From assembly GCA_015486555.1 (NCBI GenBank), contig WFRL01000058.1, positions 1 through 37,155 of the forward strand: a stretch of DNA of 37,155 bases. The letters are read 5' to 3'. The position numbers and the translations under genes are program-made. Below, piece after piece: positions 14,697 through 24,014 of the stretch. How positions within the stretch are numbered: the stretch's first letter is position 1; each line of letters opens with the position of its first letter. The DNA comes from Candidatus Microgenomates bacterium (GTDB lineage Bacteria > Patescibacteriota > Microgenomatia > JAADGY01). The notes under the pieces were generated by a model. It was given only the letters and a program-made list of their open reading frames with translations, did not search any database and was not told the origin of the DNA.

Positions 14697-17600
14697 ATGC
14701 AAAAAGAAGTTATAGATAAGCTGAAGGTATTAACTAAAGAAGATTTAAGAGGCATTCGTGTCCTTTCCCTGGGCGAAGGGTTTCAGGTCTACCGTTTATT
14801 GGAAGAAGTAGCTGAAGCCTCTACTTTACTGGAATTAGGAGATACTCGGCCGACAAGGATAGAAAACCAAGTAAAGAGTGATTTGATTAAGAGGGATGCT
14901 CTTGAAAAAGGAAATGAAGCTCTAGAGGAATTAGTTAAAAGCCGTCTTCTTTTTACTGTCCTTCTAATTGACCTCTACCATCAAGGAACAGAAGGAAAAA
15001 GAAGAGTTACTGAATTATTAGAGATTGTTTTTCCTGGGGATGACTCGAGAAAATCCCAGATAATTGACTTTTTAGAGAGTAAAGGTATAACTAACCCTGT
15101 TGGCGTTAAGGTTTTTAATGAGTTTATTAACCAGATAAAGAAAGAGGTCGGTAAAGGTTGGCCAAAAAAGGCGAGAAGAGGAAGCTCCATGAGGCAAAAA
15201 CAATACCAACTTATTAAGTGGTACTGGCGAGTGCGAGGTGTTGGTCTGCTCACTAAATATACAAGGGAGATTCGAGATCAGGGACCAGGGGCACCAAAAA
15301 AAGTAGTGTATCGGTTGAGAATGAAAGGGAAATTTATAGAGATTAGTAGATCAAAAATCATAGAGATTAATAAGTTACTGGAATCTAAGGATAAAGATAA
15401 AGGTTGGGTGGGCCCGAGAATTAAGGCAATTTTTTCAGACCCCAACCTGCAAGAAAGTCTTAAGGAGTGGTTAAAGCGTTCCAAAAAAGAGATTCTTTTT
15501 CTGAGTACGGAAAGAGATACGAGTAAGGAGGAACGGCTATTGGATTTATTAGAAAAGAAAGTGAGACAGATAAAACCGGAAGTATTTGATGAAGAGACGA
15601 GAGAACGACTTGAGGATATTAAGGAGAGAATAAACGAGAGGAGATATCAATTAAAAGATGAAACAGCCGTTGACCTGGTTGAATCAATAACCAATGAGAT
15701 GCAACCTAAAGAAGTTGTGGAAGCAAAAGGAAGATCTAATACTTGGGGTTTAAGTGAGTGGTTGGCCAAGTACTATCGAGCCTTAGACCTAGAAAGGTTT
15801 CTCAATGCTTTGGGGAGGGTTGGTAGATTCTTGAGCCAAGTTAGCAAGTATCAGAAGGAGTTTAATAAATATTTACAGGCTCCAGAGAGTGAGAAAGATA
15901 ATTTGACTCAGTCCTTTCTTTCTCTCCTTAGCGATTTATCCTTAGCTACCAACCTCTTGGAGTTAATGGCTCTTGACAGTATTAAAAGAACTAAAATAAC
16001 TTACCAAGATTTCTTTAACTATACAAGGAAAAAACAGTTAGAATTTCTTAAAGACAATAAAATTATATCTGATGATGTTGCTAGATGGTTCCTGGATGTT
16101 TTTGATTTAGAAGAGGAGATAAAGGAAAAATTTGCTAGTTTGATTGAACGAATACCCAGAAAGACAGCTAAAGAGATTTTTAAGAAGAGGTGGCAAGAGA
16201 TTAACGGAGTTGATACAAGTGATTTTGCTGAGGCACTAGGAGATTTTGAGGATTTGCTTGCAAAAAAAGACAAAGTAACTCCCGACGATTTGCGCCGAAT
16301 AGCATCTCGTTATAGTTATGAAGGTGGAATATTTGATTGGGAAAGTAAACAGAGAGATGAGTTGCGGAATCTTTTTGGTGAGGAGGGGGAGGCAGAGTTC
16401 TTAGATCTGAAAAAAAGAGAATCGTCCTTGAGTGGTGATGAAGAGGAAAAATTGAAAAAGTATTACGACAAGTTGCGCAGTCGGATGTATCAGATTTTAA
16501 ATGACCAGATTCTTGGAGTCAATCAAGAATATGGAAGCCAAACTGTTTTGGAGCCGACTATTCGGATTATTGCTTTGTTAGCTCTTCTGCCTCGAGCAGA
16601 AAGGTCTAATTTTTATGGCTTTCTTTTTGCTTCTAAGTTTGACGTTGCTAGATTGCAGATTAAAGATCTTAGTTACCAGCCTTTCGACCACATTAAGATT
16701 AATGGCCTTCAGGGTTTAGAGTTTGAGATAAATGTAGAAGAAGGAAAAACAGAGACCTTGACTGTTTTTGATTTTTTAGATGTTTGGGAGGAACCGGCGA
16801 ATAAATACTTTGTTCACTCCCAGGAACGTGATAGATTAAAAGATCCTAAAAAGTGGGAAAGTTGGGTTGTTCAGTATGCTCTGGCTTTAACAGAGAGTGA
16901 ACGGCAGAAGATTGAAAAGGCAGTTATGAAGCAGACGGTCAAGGAACGTTTAGGTATAGAGTACGATGAGTTAAGTAGCGAAGAGAAGAGTAAAGTTGAG
17001 GTTCTTATGTTGGCTGCTTTAGGAGTGTCTAATGCTACCTTTAGGTCAGCCTTTATCCACACCGGCGCTGACATGAAAGAAACCGGACTCCTTAAAGGAT
17101 TAATTGGCTCCTCATTAGCCGCAGAACTTTATATCAATCTGTATGGTGGCTTGGGGCTTAGTCAGGAGATAATAACTACTATGTCCGATGTCCTTTCCCG
17201 AACTCGGAAGGGTAGGCTTCCTATCCTTGAGTATATTACTAAAGATGAAGACGTGTTTGGAAATAATGAAGATAAAAAAGAAATATTTAAAAATGGGATG
17301 AAGGTTCTTTTCCTTTTACCAATGAATAATGGCTTCCGCCGGATAGGTGAGGTTCATTTATTAGCTCGAGATAAAGAATTGAGGGAGGAGTTATTTAGCC
17401 ATCCCCTGGTGGCGGAGATGATTACTTTAATTGATACTACACCGGAGCTAAAGGAGAAATTAATAAACGTGTTTGAACTTAAGGGAAAGAAAAAGCCGCT
17501 TGATGCAAAACAGGTAGGAGCTCGAGAAATTTTAACTAAAATAATGGAGAAGTGGAGCTATCATTATCTTTTACGGAATGAAGAAAATAAAGAAGAAGAA

Positions 17601-18446
17601 TTTCTTCCTATTAAAGCGGCTGATTACGGTGATTATATTAAATACTCTCAAGCCTTTGATGCCGTAAAAGGTGATCTTTTTAATTTTGCTTACCGGCCAA
17701 CTAAGCCTCTTTTGATAAAAATTTATACCACGCTGGCTAATACTTCAGCTGGTCCAGAATTTGCTAAAACCTTTATGAGGCCATTAATAAGTGATTATAT
17801 TGATTTTTACAAGCCCCGCGGCTTAACAAAACCAATCTTAGGTTTACCTTTCTTACCCTTAAAGATGCTCTCTAATCTCCTTTCAGGGAAAAGGATCCTC
17901 AGCCGGGAAGATTATCTTGATCTTTTCCAGGCTAGAGTTAAAAATCCAAGTAAGAGGATAATGGGGGCGGAGGCAGGTGGAGAGGTGGCCCATTATGATT
18001 TGGTGAAAGGGCGCTGGGTGTTTGAGGAAAAACCAGTTTTGGAACTTTGGAGAGAAAAGTTCCACCGGCGAACGGTGGGGGAATATGGTGAGGAGACTGA
18101 GGAAGGTCAGGGAGTAAGTGAAAAAGCTATGTCGAGGGTGGATATGTTACGCCACTTTTGGTTAATGGCCAAAGGAGAGGCATCAATTGCTACCCTTCTT
18201 GGTCTGGACGATGCAGTTATTAAGAGGAAAGATTTGGTAGATGACTTAGTTGAGTTCCGGAATATGCATATAATTGATGCCCCAATGTTTAATAGTCTTA
18301 TTCGGGAAAAGTTTGGTTTTTGGTTTTATCTGCAGTACCGTTTCCATTTAGGTGGGCTTGAGTTCACCACCCTATTAGATTTTTTGGGCAGTGGGATAGG
18401 AGTAGGTCTTTCTTCGGCCTTGAGTGAAGGATTTAAGACTCGTTAA
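14697..18446 (+). CDS. Giant (1,249 aa) orphan protein, predicted mostly soluble and helical, with a short C-terminal hydrophobic segment
   Basis: Uninterrupted 3.75-kb ORF with Glu/Lys-rich composition. I can see no signal peptide, P-loop or catalytic motif. The last ~40 aa (LEFTTLLDFLGSGIGVGLSSAL) are hydrophobic. Confidence 0.75.
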   Translation: MQKEVIDKLKVLTKEDLRGIRVLSLGEGFQVYRLLEEVAEASTLLELGDTRPTRIENQVKSDLIKRDALEKGNEALEELVKSRLLFTVLLIDLYHQGTEGKRRVTELLEIVFPGDDSRKSQIIDFLESKGITNPVGVKVFNEFINQIKKEVGKGWPKKARRGSSMRQKQYQLIKWYWRVRGVGLLTKYTREIRDQGPGAPKKVVYRLRMKGKFIEISRSKIIEINKLLESKDKDKGWVGPRIKAIFSDPNLQESLKEWLKRSKKEILFLSTERDTSKEERLLDLLEKKVRQIKPEVFDEETRERLEDIKERINERRYQLKDETAVDLVESITNEMQPKEVVEAKGRSNTWGLSEWLAKYYRALDLERFLNALGRVGRFLSQVSKYQKEFNKYLQAPESEKDNLTQSFLSLLSDLSLATNLLELMALDSIKRTKITYQDFFNYTRKKQLEFLKDNKIISDDVARWFLDVFDLEEEIKEKFASLIERIPRKTAKEIFKKRWQEINGVDTSDFAEALGDFEDLLAKKDKVTPDDLRRIASRYSYEGGIFDWESKQRDELRNLFGEEGEAEFLDLKKRESSLSGDEEEKLKKYYDKLRSRMYQILNDQILGVNQEYGSQTVLEPTIRIIALLALLPRAERSNFYGFLFASKFDVARLQIKDLSYQPFDHIKINGLQGLEFEINVEEGKTETLTVFDFLDVWEEPANKYFVHSQERDRLKDPKKWESWVVQYALALTESERQKIEKAVMKQTVKERLGIEYDELSSEEKSKVEVLMLAALGVSNATFRSAFIHTGADMKETGLLKGLIGSSLAAELYINLYGGLGLSQEIITTMSDVLSRTRKGRLPILEYITKDEDVFGNNEDKKEIFKNGMKVLFLLPMNNGFRRIGEVHLLARDKELREELFSHPLVAEMITLIDTTPELKEKLINVFELKGKKKPLDAKQVGAREILTKIMEKWSYHYLLRNEENKEEEFLPIKAADYGDYIKYSQAFDAVKGDLFNFAYRPTKPLLIKIYTTLANTSAGPEFAKTFMRPLISDYIDFYKPRGLTKPILGLPFLPLKMLSNLLSGKRILSREDYLDLFQARVKNPSKRIMGAEAGGEVAHYDLVKGRWVFEEKPVLELWREKFHRRTVGEYGEETEEGQGVSEKAMSRVDMLRHFWLMAKGEASIATLLGLDDAVIKRKDLVDDLVEFRNMHIIDAPMFNSLIREKFGFWFYLQYRFHLGGLEFTTLLDFLGSGIGVGLSSALSEGFKTR

Positions 18447-18471
18447 CTGGATGTGCAGTTGTTCGGGACGG

Positions 18472-21447
18472 TTATTTTTCTTTAAGTTCGGGAGATAATG
18501 TTGGTGGCAGGCCGTTGGGGAAGCAGTGGAAACGATAAGGGCAACGGCGGCAGACTAAGCGATCTCTAGTCCGAGGAAATTCTAAATCTTGAATTTTTTG
18601 CCAAACATCAACTAGGAGTTGCCTTAGCTGTTCTTTTTCTTCTTCTGAAGGGGTGAAGCTGAAAAAGAGGGATTTTTGGTTACGGTTGCCGATAAACCAG
18701 AGAGCAAAGGTCAATTTTTTGTCTTCAAACTCTGGTTCGTTTTTGAGGAGAAGAGAATAAAAAGTCAGTTGGCGGCGATAGTCTTCATTAGGATCGGCTA
18801 GGGCCCTTTTAGAAGGTATATGGCCTGTTTTGTAATCAATAACTAGAAAAGTGTCCTTGTCAGAGATGTCTATTCGGTCAACCTTCCCTGTCAAAGGAAC
18901 CTTTTCTGGGGTAAAGACATGCTTTTGAGAGAAATCTAGTTCCGCCTTGTAAGGCTGGCTTTTTTTTAATTGAGGGAGAAGTTGGTCTTGGTAAAAGTGA
19001 GCTAGAAGTTGTTTGGCCTCTCCAATTACTCTTTCTTTTTCCTCCTCCTCGAGAATTTCTCGACTAATGTAGGTTTGAAGAACCTCATTTAATTGATCTA
19101 AACCAAGCCCGTTTTTTTCCTCTTTATAACTTAGCAGCCATTCCTCTAAGGCTTTATGGACAGCCGAGCCTAAAATAAGGTTGGCCGACTTAACTCGCGG
19201 TAAGCGGTAGAGATTATTCAGGAGGAACTGGTATGGGCAGCTAAGGTAGGTTTTTAAGCTGGTAGGAGATAACTTAATTCCTTTTAACCGTTCTCGCCAA
19301 TAGTCTTTTTCGGGAATGACCAGCTGGCTAGGCTTAAAAAGGGAGACAATTACCTTCTCTAATTTTTGTAAATTATCTTGATGTTCTTCTTGACTGATTA
19401 ATTTTTCATCCAGCCGATGGACGAAGACAGAGGGTAGGACTTTTTTCATTAAACCATCCGACCAAACATTAAGGGGGACAGTGATGAAAACCTGTTTTTT
19501 GGCTCGGGTTAAAGCCACATAGAACAGCCTTTCTTCCTCTTCTTCCTTCTCCTTGCGGGGGTCAGAAGAGAGTGAAGAAAACTCAACTATCTCAGCAGGT
19601 AACTTTAAGGGATTAGGAACGTTTTTATGGCTCCACTTTTTCTCAATAAACTGAGGAATGAAGACAACGCTAAACTCCTGCCCCTTGGCTTTATGGACTG
19701 TAGTTAACTTAACGGCCTCAGCATTGGTTAAGAGAGGCTCGGCTTCAAGGGAAAGATGGTGCTTTTCTAGGGTTTCTAGGACTTCTTCCAACTGAGATAA
19801 AGAAGTAACTGTCTGGTCTCGGTACCAGTTTTTGATTTGATTGAAGAAGGTGTAGAGATAAAAAAGTTGGTAACGGTCTTTCTGGCCATTCATTAATTGG
19901 GTTAAAAAGCCAGTCGAGTCCATTAAGTTTTGGATAAAAAGGGGTAGGGGAAGGCGGAGACTTTCCTTCTTAGCCTCCTCTAACTGGTCAAAAATTTTCC
20001 AGATGGGGGCAAAATGTTTTTCTCCTTGAAGGTAGTATTCAAAGATGTTTAAGCCGTTTTCTCTTGCTTGGCGGAAAGCTTGACCAATGAGAGTGGGAGA
20101 AAGGTGGTAAAAGGGCAGATTGAGGAGGTTGAATAATTTTTCCTCGGCTTCTTTCTGGCCCCAAAAGTTAACCACTGTCAGGAGAAGTTTTAATTGGAGA
20201 ACAACTGGCTGGTTGAGAATGTTAATCTGTCCTTCAACCACGTAGGGAATCTTTTCCTTATTAAGAAAAGGGATGTAAACGGCCGCGTCCTTGTTTTCCC
20301 GGTAAATAATTCCTATTTCCTGAGGAGGAAGACCTTCTTTGAGGAGTTTTTTAATTTCTTGAACAATGAACTCAGCTTCCTGAGTAAGTGAAGTAAAAAG
20401 GTGAAGTTGAACTCGACTTTGACTAAGAGAAGAAGTTGGTTTGGCCGCCTCTATTTTTTTATCTATCCCCAAGTTCAAGTTAAATTTCTTTCGTTGAGGT
20501 TCGATAAAATGCTGGCTAAGAAGAATAATCTCCTCTAGTGAACGATAATTAGTTTTCAAATTGATAATTTTTGTCCTGGGAAAGAGGTGTTTAAAGAAGA
20601 GAAAGTTAGCCCGGGAGGCTCCCTGAAAGCGGAAGATTGACTGGTCATCATCACCAACAACAAAAACATTAGCCTCCTCTCCCCAGAAAGTTGATAGTTG
20701 CCTGATTAGCTTATTTTGAGCAGCGTTAGTATCTTGATATTCATCTACCAAGAGATACAAGGTTCGTTCCTGAACCGCTAAAGCCAACTCTCTGTCTTTT
20801 TTGAGGAGAGTTATTACTTCATTAATCATATCCTCGAAGTCATAAAGGCCTTCTTTTTTTAAGCGGCGCTGATACTCTTGGTAAAGGTGGACCAATTCTT
20901 TTAGGCGCTTTTTCTGCTTATCCTCTAAGGAAGTAGAGGAAGAGATAATTTCCTTTAGTTGATCTGAATTAACCGACTCCTTTTTTAGGTCACTGAGAGC
21001 CTTGATTAAATGGCGAACGTAAAAACTAGTATCTCCAAAAGGTTTAAGGTAATAATAATTTCCCCTTTTTAGGATTTCTTCTATTAGCTGGATCTTTTCG
21101 ATGATATTTATCGGCCTGCCCTGACGGAGATGAGGAAACTTCTCCGGATATTGGCGAATAATCTGACCAGCTAGAGAATGAAAAGTAGAGATGTTTACTT
21201 GGTAAGCAGTTTCTCCTATGATTTGGGCCAAGCGGCTAATCATATTCTCGGCTGCCGCCTCGGTATAGGTGAGAGCGGTGATGGCGTAAGGGGGGGTATC
21301 AGTTTTTTGGAGAATATTGGCGATTCGAAGAGTTAGGACTTGAGTTTTTCCGGTGCCCGGACCGGCAATGACCATTACCGGACCCTCTAAACTGTCGACA
21401 GCCTCCTTTTGCCGCTGGTTTAAACTCTGGTAAAGTTGGTCAAACAT
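18472..21447 (-). CDS. UvrD/PcrA-type SF1 helicase fused to a C-terminal PD-(D/E)XK nuclease with a Cys cluster (AddA/AddB-like), 991 aa
   Basis: Walker A GPGTGKTQV, DEYQDT (motif II), VGDDDQSIFRFQGA, TVHKAKGQEF, YVALTRAK. Nuclease motifs GKVDRID...LVIDYKTG. Cysteines in CPYQF and CRRCPYRFHC. Confidence 0.85.
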   Translation of the reverse strand: MFDQLYQSLNQRQKEAVDSLEGPVMVIAGPGTGKTQVLTLRIANILQKTDTPPYAITALTYTEAAAENMISRLAQIIGETAYQVNISTFHSLAGQIIRQYPEKFPHLRQGRPINIIEKIQLIEEILKRGNYYYLKPFGDTSFYVRHLIKALSDLKKESVNSDQLKEIISSSTSLEDKQKKRLKELVHLYQEYQRRLKKEGLYDFEDMINEVITLLKKDRELALAVQERTLYLLVDEYQDTNAAQNKLIRQLSTFWGEEANVFVVGDDDQSIFRFQGASRANFLFFKHLFPRTKIINLKTNYRSLEEIILLSQHFIEPQRKKFNLNLGIDKKIEAAKPTSSLSQSRVQLHLFTSLTQEAEFIVQEIKKLLKEGLPPQEIGIIYRENKDAAVYIPFLNKEKIPYVVEGQINILNQPVVLQLKLLLTVVNFWGQKEAEEKLFNLLNLPFYHLSPTLIGQAFRQARENGLNIFEYYLQGEKHFAPIWKIFDQLEEAKKESLRLPLPLFIQNLMDSTGFLTQLMNGQKDRYQLFYLYTFFNQIKNWYRDQTVTSLSQLEEVLETLEKHHLSLEAEPLLTNAEAVKLTTVHKAKGQEFSVVFIPQFIEKKWSHKNVPNPLKLPAEIVEFSSLSSDPRKEKEEEEERLFYVALTRAKKQVFITVPLNVWSDGLMKKVLPSVFVHRLDEKLISQEEHQDNLQKLEKVIVSLFKPSQLVIPEKDYWRERLKGIKLSPTSLKTYLSCPYQFLLNNLYRLPRVKSANLILGSAVHKALEEWLLSYKEEKNGLGLDQLNEVLQTYISREILEEEEKERVIGEAKQLLAHFYQDQLLPQLKKSQPYKAELDFSQKHVFTPEKVPLTGKVDRIDISDKDTFLVIDYKTGHIPSKRALADPNEDYRRQLTFYSLLLKNEPEFEDKKLTFALWFIGNRNQKSLFFSFTPSEEEKEQLRQLLVDVWQKIQDLEFPRTRDRLVCRRCPYRFHCFPNGLPPTLSPELKEK

Positions 21448-21449
21448 CT

Positions 21450-23672
21450 TTAGGCGAACTCAACTTTAAAGGGATAAGCCTGGGTGGCTAGAAGAGGTTG
21501 AGTGAAAATTTTCTGGTGCTTTTTTTCTTGATGGAAGACCTGCCAGATAGCCTCGGTTACGAAGGGGAGAAAAGGATGGAAAAGGGTCAGATAGTTGGCT
21601 AAGAGGGTAGTTAAGAGAGAAATAGCTTGGAGGTCGCCGCCGTAAGCAGTTTCTTTTAAGAACTCGATATCTTGGTCGCAGAATTTATGCCAGAACTGCT
21701 GGCGGAGGTGGTCAGCCGCCTGGCCGTAGCGGAAGTTATTTATCTCTTTCTTATAACCAGTTAAAAACTTTTGATAATCAGCCCAAATTTCCTGATACTT
21801 GATTGGGGTGGTTTTTCCAGGAGAAAAAGGTGATATTTCTTCCTTAATTTTAGAGGTAGTCAGATTAATAAAACGAGAAGCATTCCAGATTTTGTTAGTC
21901 AGGTACTGGCCGGCTTTGAATTTTGACTCGCCTATACTGGTTGACTCTCCTTGGCCGACTCCAGCTACCAAAGCGAAACGGAGGGCATCAGTGCCATACT
22001 TGTCGATGGTTTCTAGGGGGTTAATAACGTTCCCTTTAGATTTGCTCATTTTTTGGCCTTTTTCGTCTCGGACCAGGCCGTGGAGATAAACAATCTTAAA
22101 TGGCACTTGGCCGGTTACTGCTAGCCCTATCATTACCATCCGCGAGACCCAGAGATAAAGAATGTCATAACCAGTTTCCATCACAGTTGTTGGGTAGAAA
22201 ATTTTAAAGTCTTCCTTCGGCTTTTGGTAATCAAAACCAAGAGTGGTAAATGGCCACTGGCTTGAGGAAAACCAAGTGTCAAGAGTATCCGGATCGTGAA
22301 TAAGATGAGTATTCCCACAGTAGGGACATTTCTTCGGTGGCTGGGAACTGACGATGATTTGACCACAGCCTTCAACTTCATTCTTTAACTGGGGGTTCAT
22401 TTCTAATTGGAGAGGAGAAAGAGCTTTTTTGCCGCAGTAATAAACCGGCAAGCGGTGGCCCCACCAGATTTGGCGAGAAAGGCACCAATCTTTGAGATTC
22501 CACACCCAGTCAAGGTAAAGTTTTTTGAATCGAGGGGGGATGAACTTAATCTTACCTTTTTCCACTACCTCGAGAGCCTTTTTAGCCAGAGATTTAGTTT
22601 TCAGCCACCACTGAGTAGAAACCATCGGTTCGATAACTGTTTTGCAACGTTCACAGTGGCCAACATTATGTTCTATCTCTTCTACTTTTACCAAGTAACC
22701 TTCTTTTTTGAGGCGGCTAACTATCTTTTCTCGAGCAACCAATTTAGATGAACCAGCATACTCTCCGGCTTGCTTAGTCATCTTATCGTCAAAGCCAATC
22801 ACCTGTATCCAGGGCAAGTGATGATCTTCTCCAATCTGCCAATCTAGAGGATCATGAGCTGGAGTAATTTTTACCGCCCCAGTGGCAAATTCTTTATCAA
22901 CCCGCTGGTCGCTAATAATAGGAATTTCCCTATCTACTAGAGGTAAGACTAACTTTTTACCAACTAGTTGATGGTAGCGTTTATCCTCTGGATGAACAGC
23001 CACGGCCACATCAGCCAACATGGTTTCTGGTCTGGTGGTGGCGATAGTTAGAGCACCTTCCTCATCCTTGAGAGGGTACTTAATATAGTAGAGATAGCCT
23101 TTATCTTGATGATGCTCAACCTCTAAATCTGAGAGAACTGTTTGGCAGCGAGGGCACCAGTTAATCAAACGTTCCTTGCGGTAAATTAGTCCTTGTTTAT
23201 AGAACTTGACAAAAGTATCTAAAACAACTTTTGAGATTTCTGGGTCAAGGGTAAACTTTTCTCGGCTCCAATCAGCTGAAGCCCCCATCTTTTTAAACTG
23301 GCTAATGATGTTTTTTTTCTGTTCTTGGGTGAATTGATAGCAGGCTTGAAAAAACTTATCTCGGCCAAGATTGAAGCGGCTTTTACCTTCTTTGGCTAGA
23401 TGGCGTTCAAAAACCACTTGGGTTTGAATACCGGCATGGTCCGTTCCTGGCAGGAGAAGAGTTCGGTACCCTGACATCCGGGCCAAGCGTGCCATAATAT
23501 CTTCCAGGGTGATAAATAAGGCATGTCCGATGTGAAGATACCCATTGGCATTAGGTGGAGGCATAATGATGACAAAAGGTTTTCCTTCTTTTTTTGGTTG
23601 AAAAATACCATTCTTCTCCCATAGCTGGTAGATCTTTTCCTCAACTAATTGGGGATGAAAGTGTTTTTCCAT
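21450..23672 (-). CDS. valS: Valyl-tRNA synthetase, short form (740 aa)
   Basis: PPPNANGYLHIGHA (HIGH), KMSKSKGN (KMSKS), TTRPETMLADVAVAVHPED (ValRS editing-domain signature), Zn-type Cys pairs. The protein ends right after the anticodon-binding domain. Confidence 0.93.
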   Translation of the reverse strand: MEKHFHPQLVEEKIYQLWEKNGIFQPKKEGKPFVIIMPPPNANGYLHIGHALFITLEDIMARLARMSGYRTLLLPGTDHAGIQTQVVFERHLAKEGKSRFNLGRDKFFQACYQFTQEQKKNIISQFKKMGASADWSREKFTLDPEISKVVLDTFVKFYKQGLIYRKERLINWCPRCQTVLSDLEVEHHQDKGYLYYIKYPLKDEEGALTIATTRPETMLADVAVAVHPEDKRYHQLVGKKLVLPLVDREIPIISDQRVDKEFATGAVKITPAHDPLDWQIGEDHHLPWIQVIGFDDKMTKQAGEYAGSSKLVAREKIVSRLKKEGYLVKVEEIEHNVGHCERCKTVIEPMVSTQWWLKTKSLAKKALEVVEKGKIKFIPPRFKKLYLDWVWNLKDWCLSRQIWWGHRLPVYYCGKKALSPLQLEMNPQLKNEVEGCGQIIVSSQPPKKCPYCGNTHLIHDPDTLDTWFSSSQWPFTTLGFDYQKPKEDFKIFYPTTVMETGYDILYLWVSRMVMIGLAVTGQVPFKIVYLHGLVRDEKGQKMSKSKGNVINPLETIDKYGTDALRFALVAGVGQGESTSIGESKFKAGQYLTNKIWNASRFINLTTSKIKEEISPFSPGKTTPIKYQEIWADYQKFLTGYKKEINNFRYGQAADHLRQQFWHKFCDQDIEFLKETAYGGDLQAISLLTTLLANYLTLFHPFLPFVTEAIWQVFHQEKKHQKIFTQPLLATQAYPFKVEFA

Positions 23673-23974
23673 TAGTGATGCACCTTTATCTTTTTAACTT
23701 CCTTGCGCAGCCGTTTGGCTACCTCGGTCAAGCCGTTAGTTATTTCCTTAGTAGTCACTTGGGCATAGAAGGTTTTACCTTGCCACTCTAAGCGAGCTTC
23801 TAGTGAGTAATGTTCTGTCTTATCCTTGTCGCAACTAAGAGAGAGGTGAAGAGGTTCTTCTTTTTTAGCAGTTAGGCGGAAGAGTTTAGCGAATCTTTTT
23901 TGAAAAAAGAGTTGAATTAGTTCTTTTTCTTCCTTTCCCAGTTTAGGATAATGAAAACTAAGATTAAGTTTCAT
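23672..23974 (-). CDS. Probable ribosome hibernation factor (HPF/RaiA-like), 100 aa
   Basis: Size and beta-alpha-beta-beta-beta-alpha style pattern (MKLNLSF...FAKLFR...EARLEWQGKTFYAQV...LTEVAKRLRKEVKKIK) resemble HPF/YfiA. The stop overlaps the valS ATG (TAATG). Confidence 0.5.
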   Translation of the reverse strand: MKLNLSFHYPKLGKEEKELIQLFFQKRFAKLFRLTAKKEEPLHLSLSCDKDKTEHYSLEARLEWQGKTFYAQVTTKEITNGLTEVAKRLRKEVKKIKVHH

Positions 23975-24014
23975 CCTTTTATCTCCCTTAATTTATCTTT
24001 TATTTTACCAGTTT

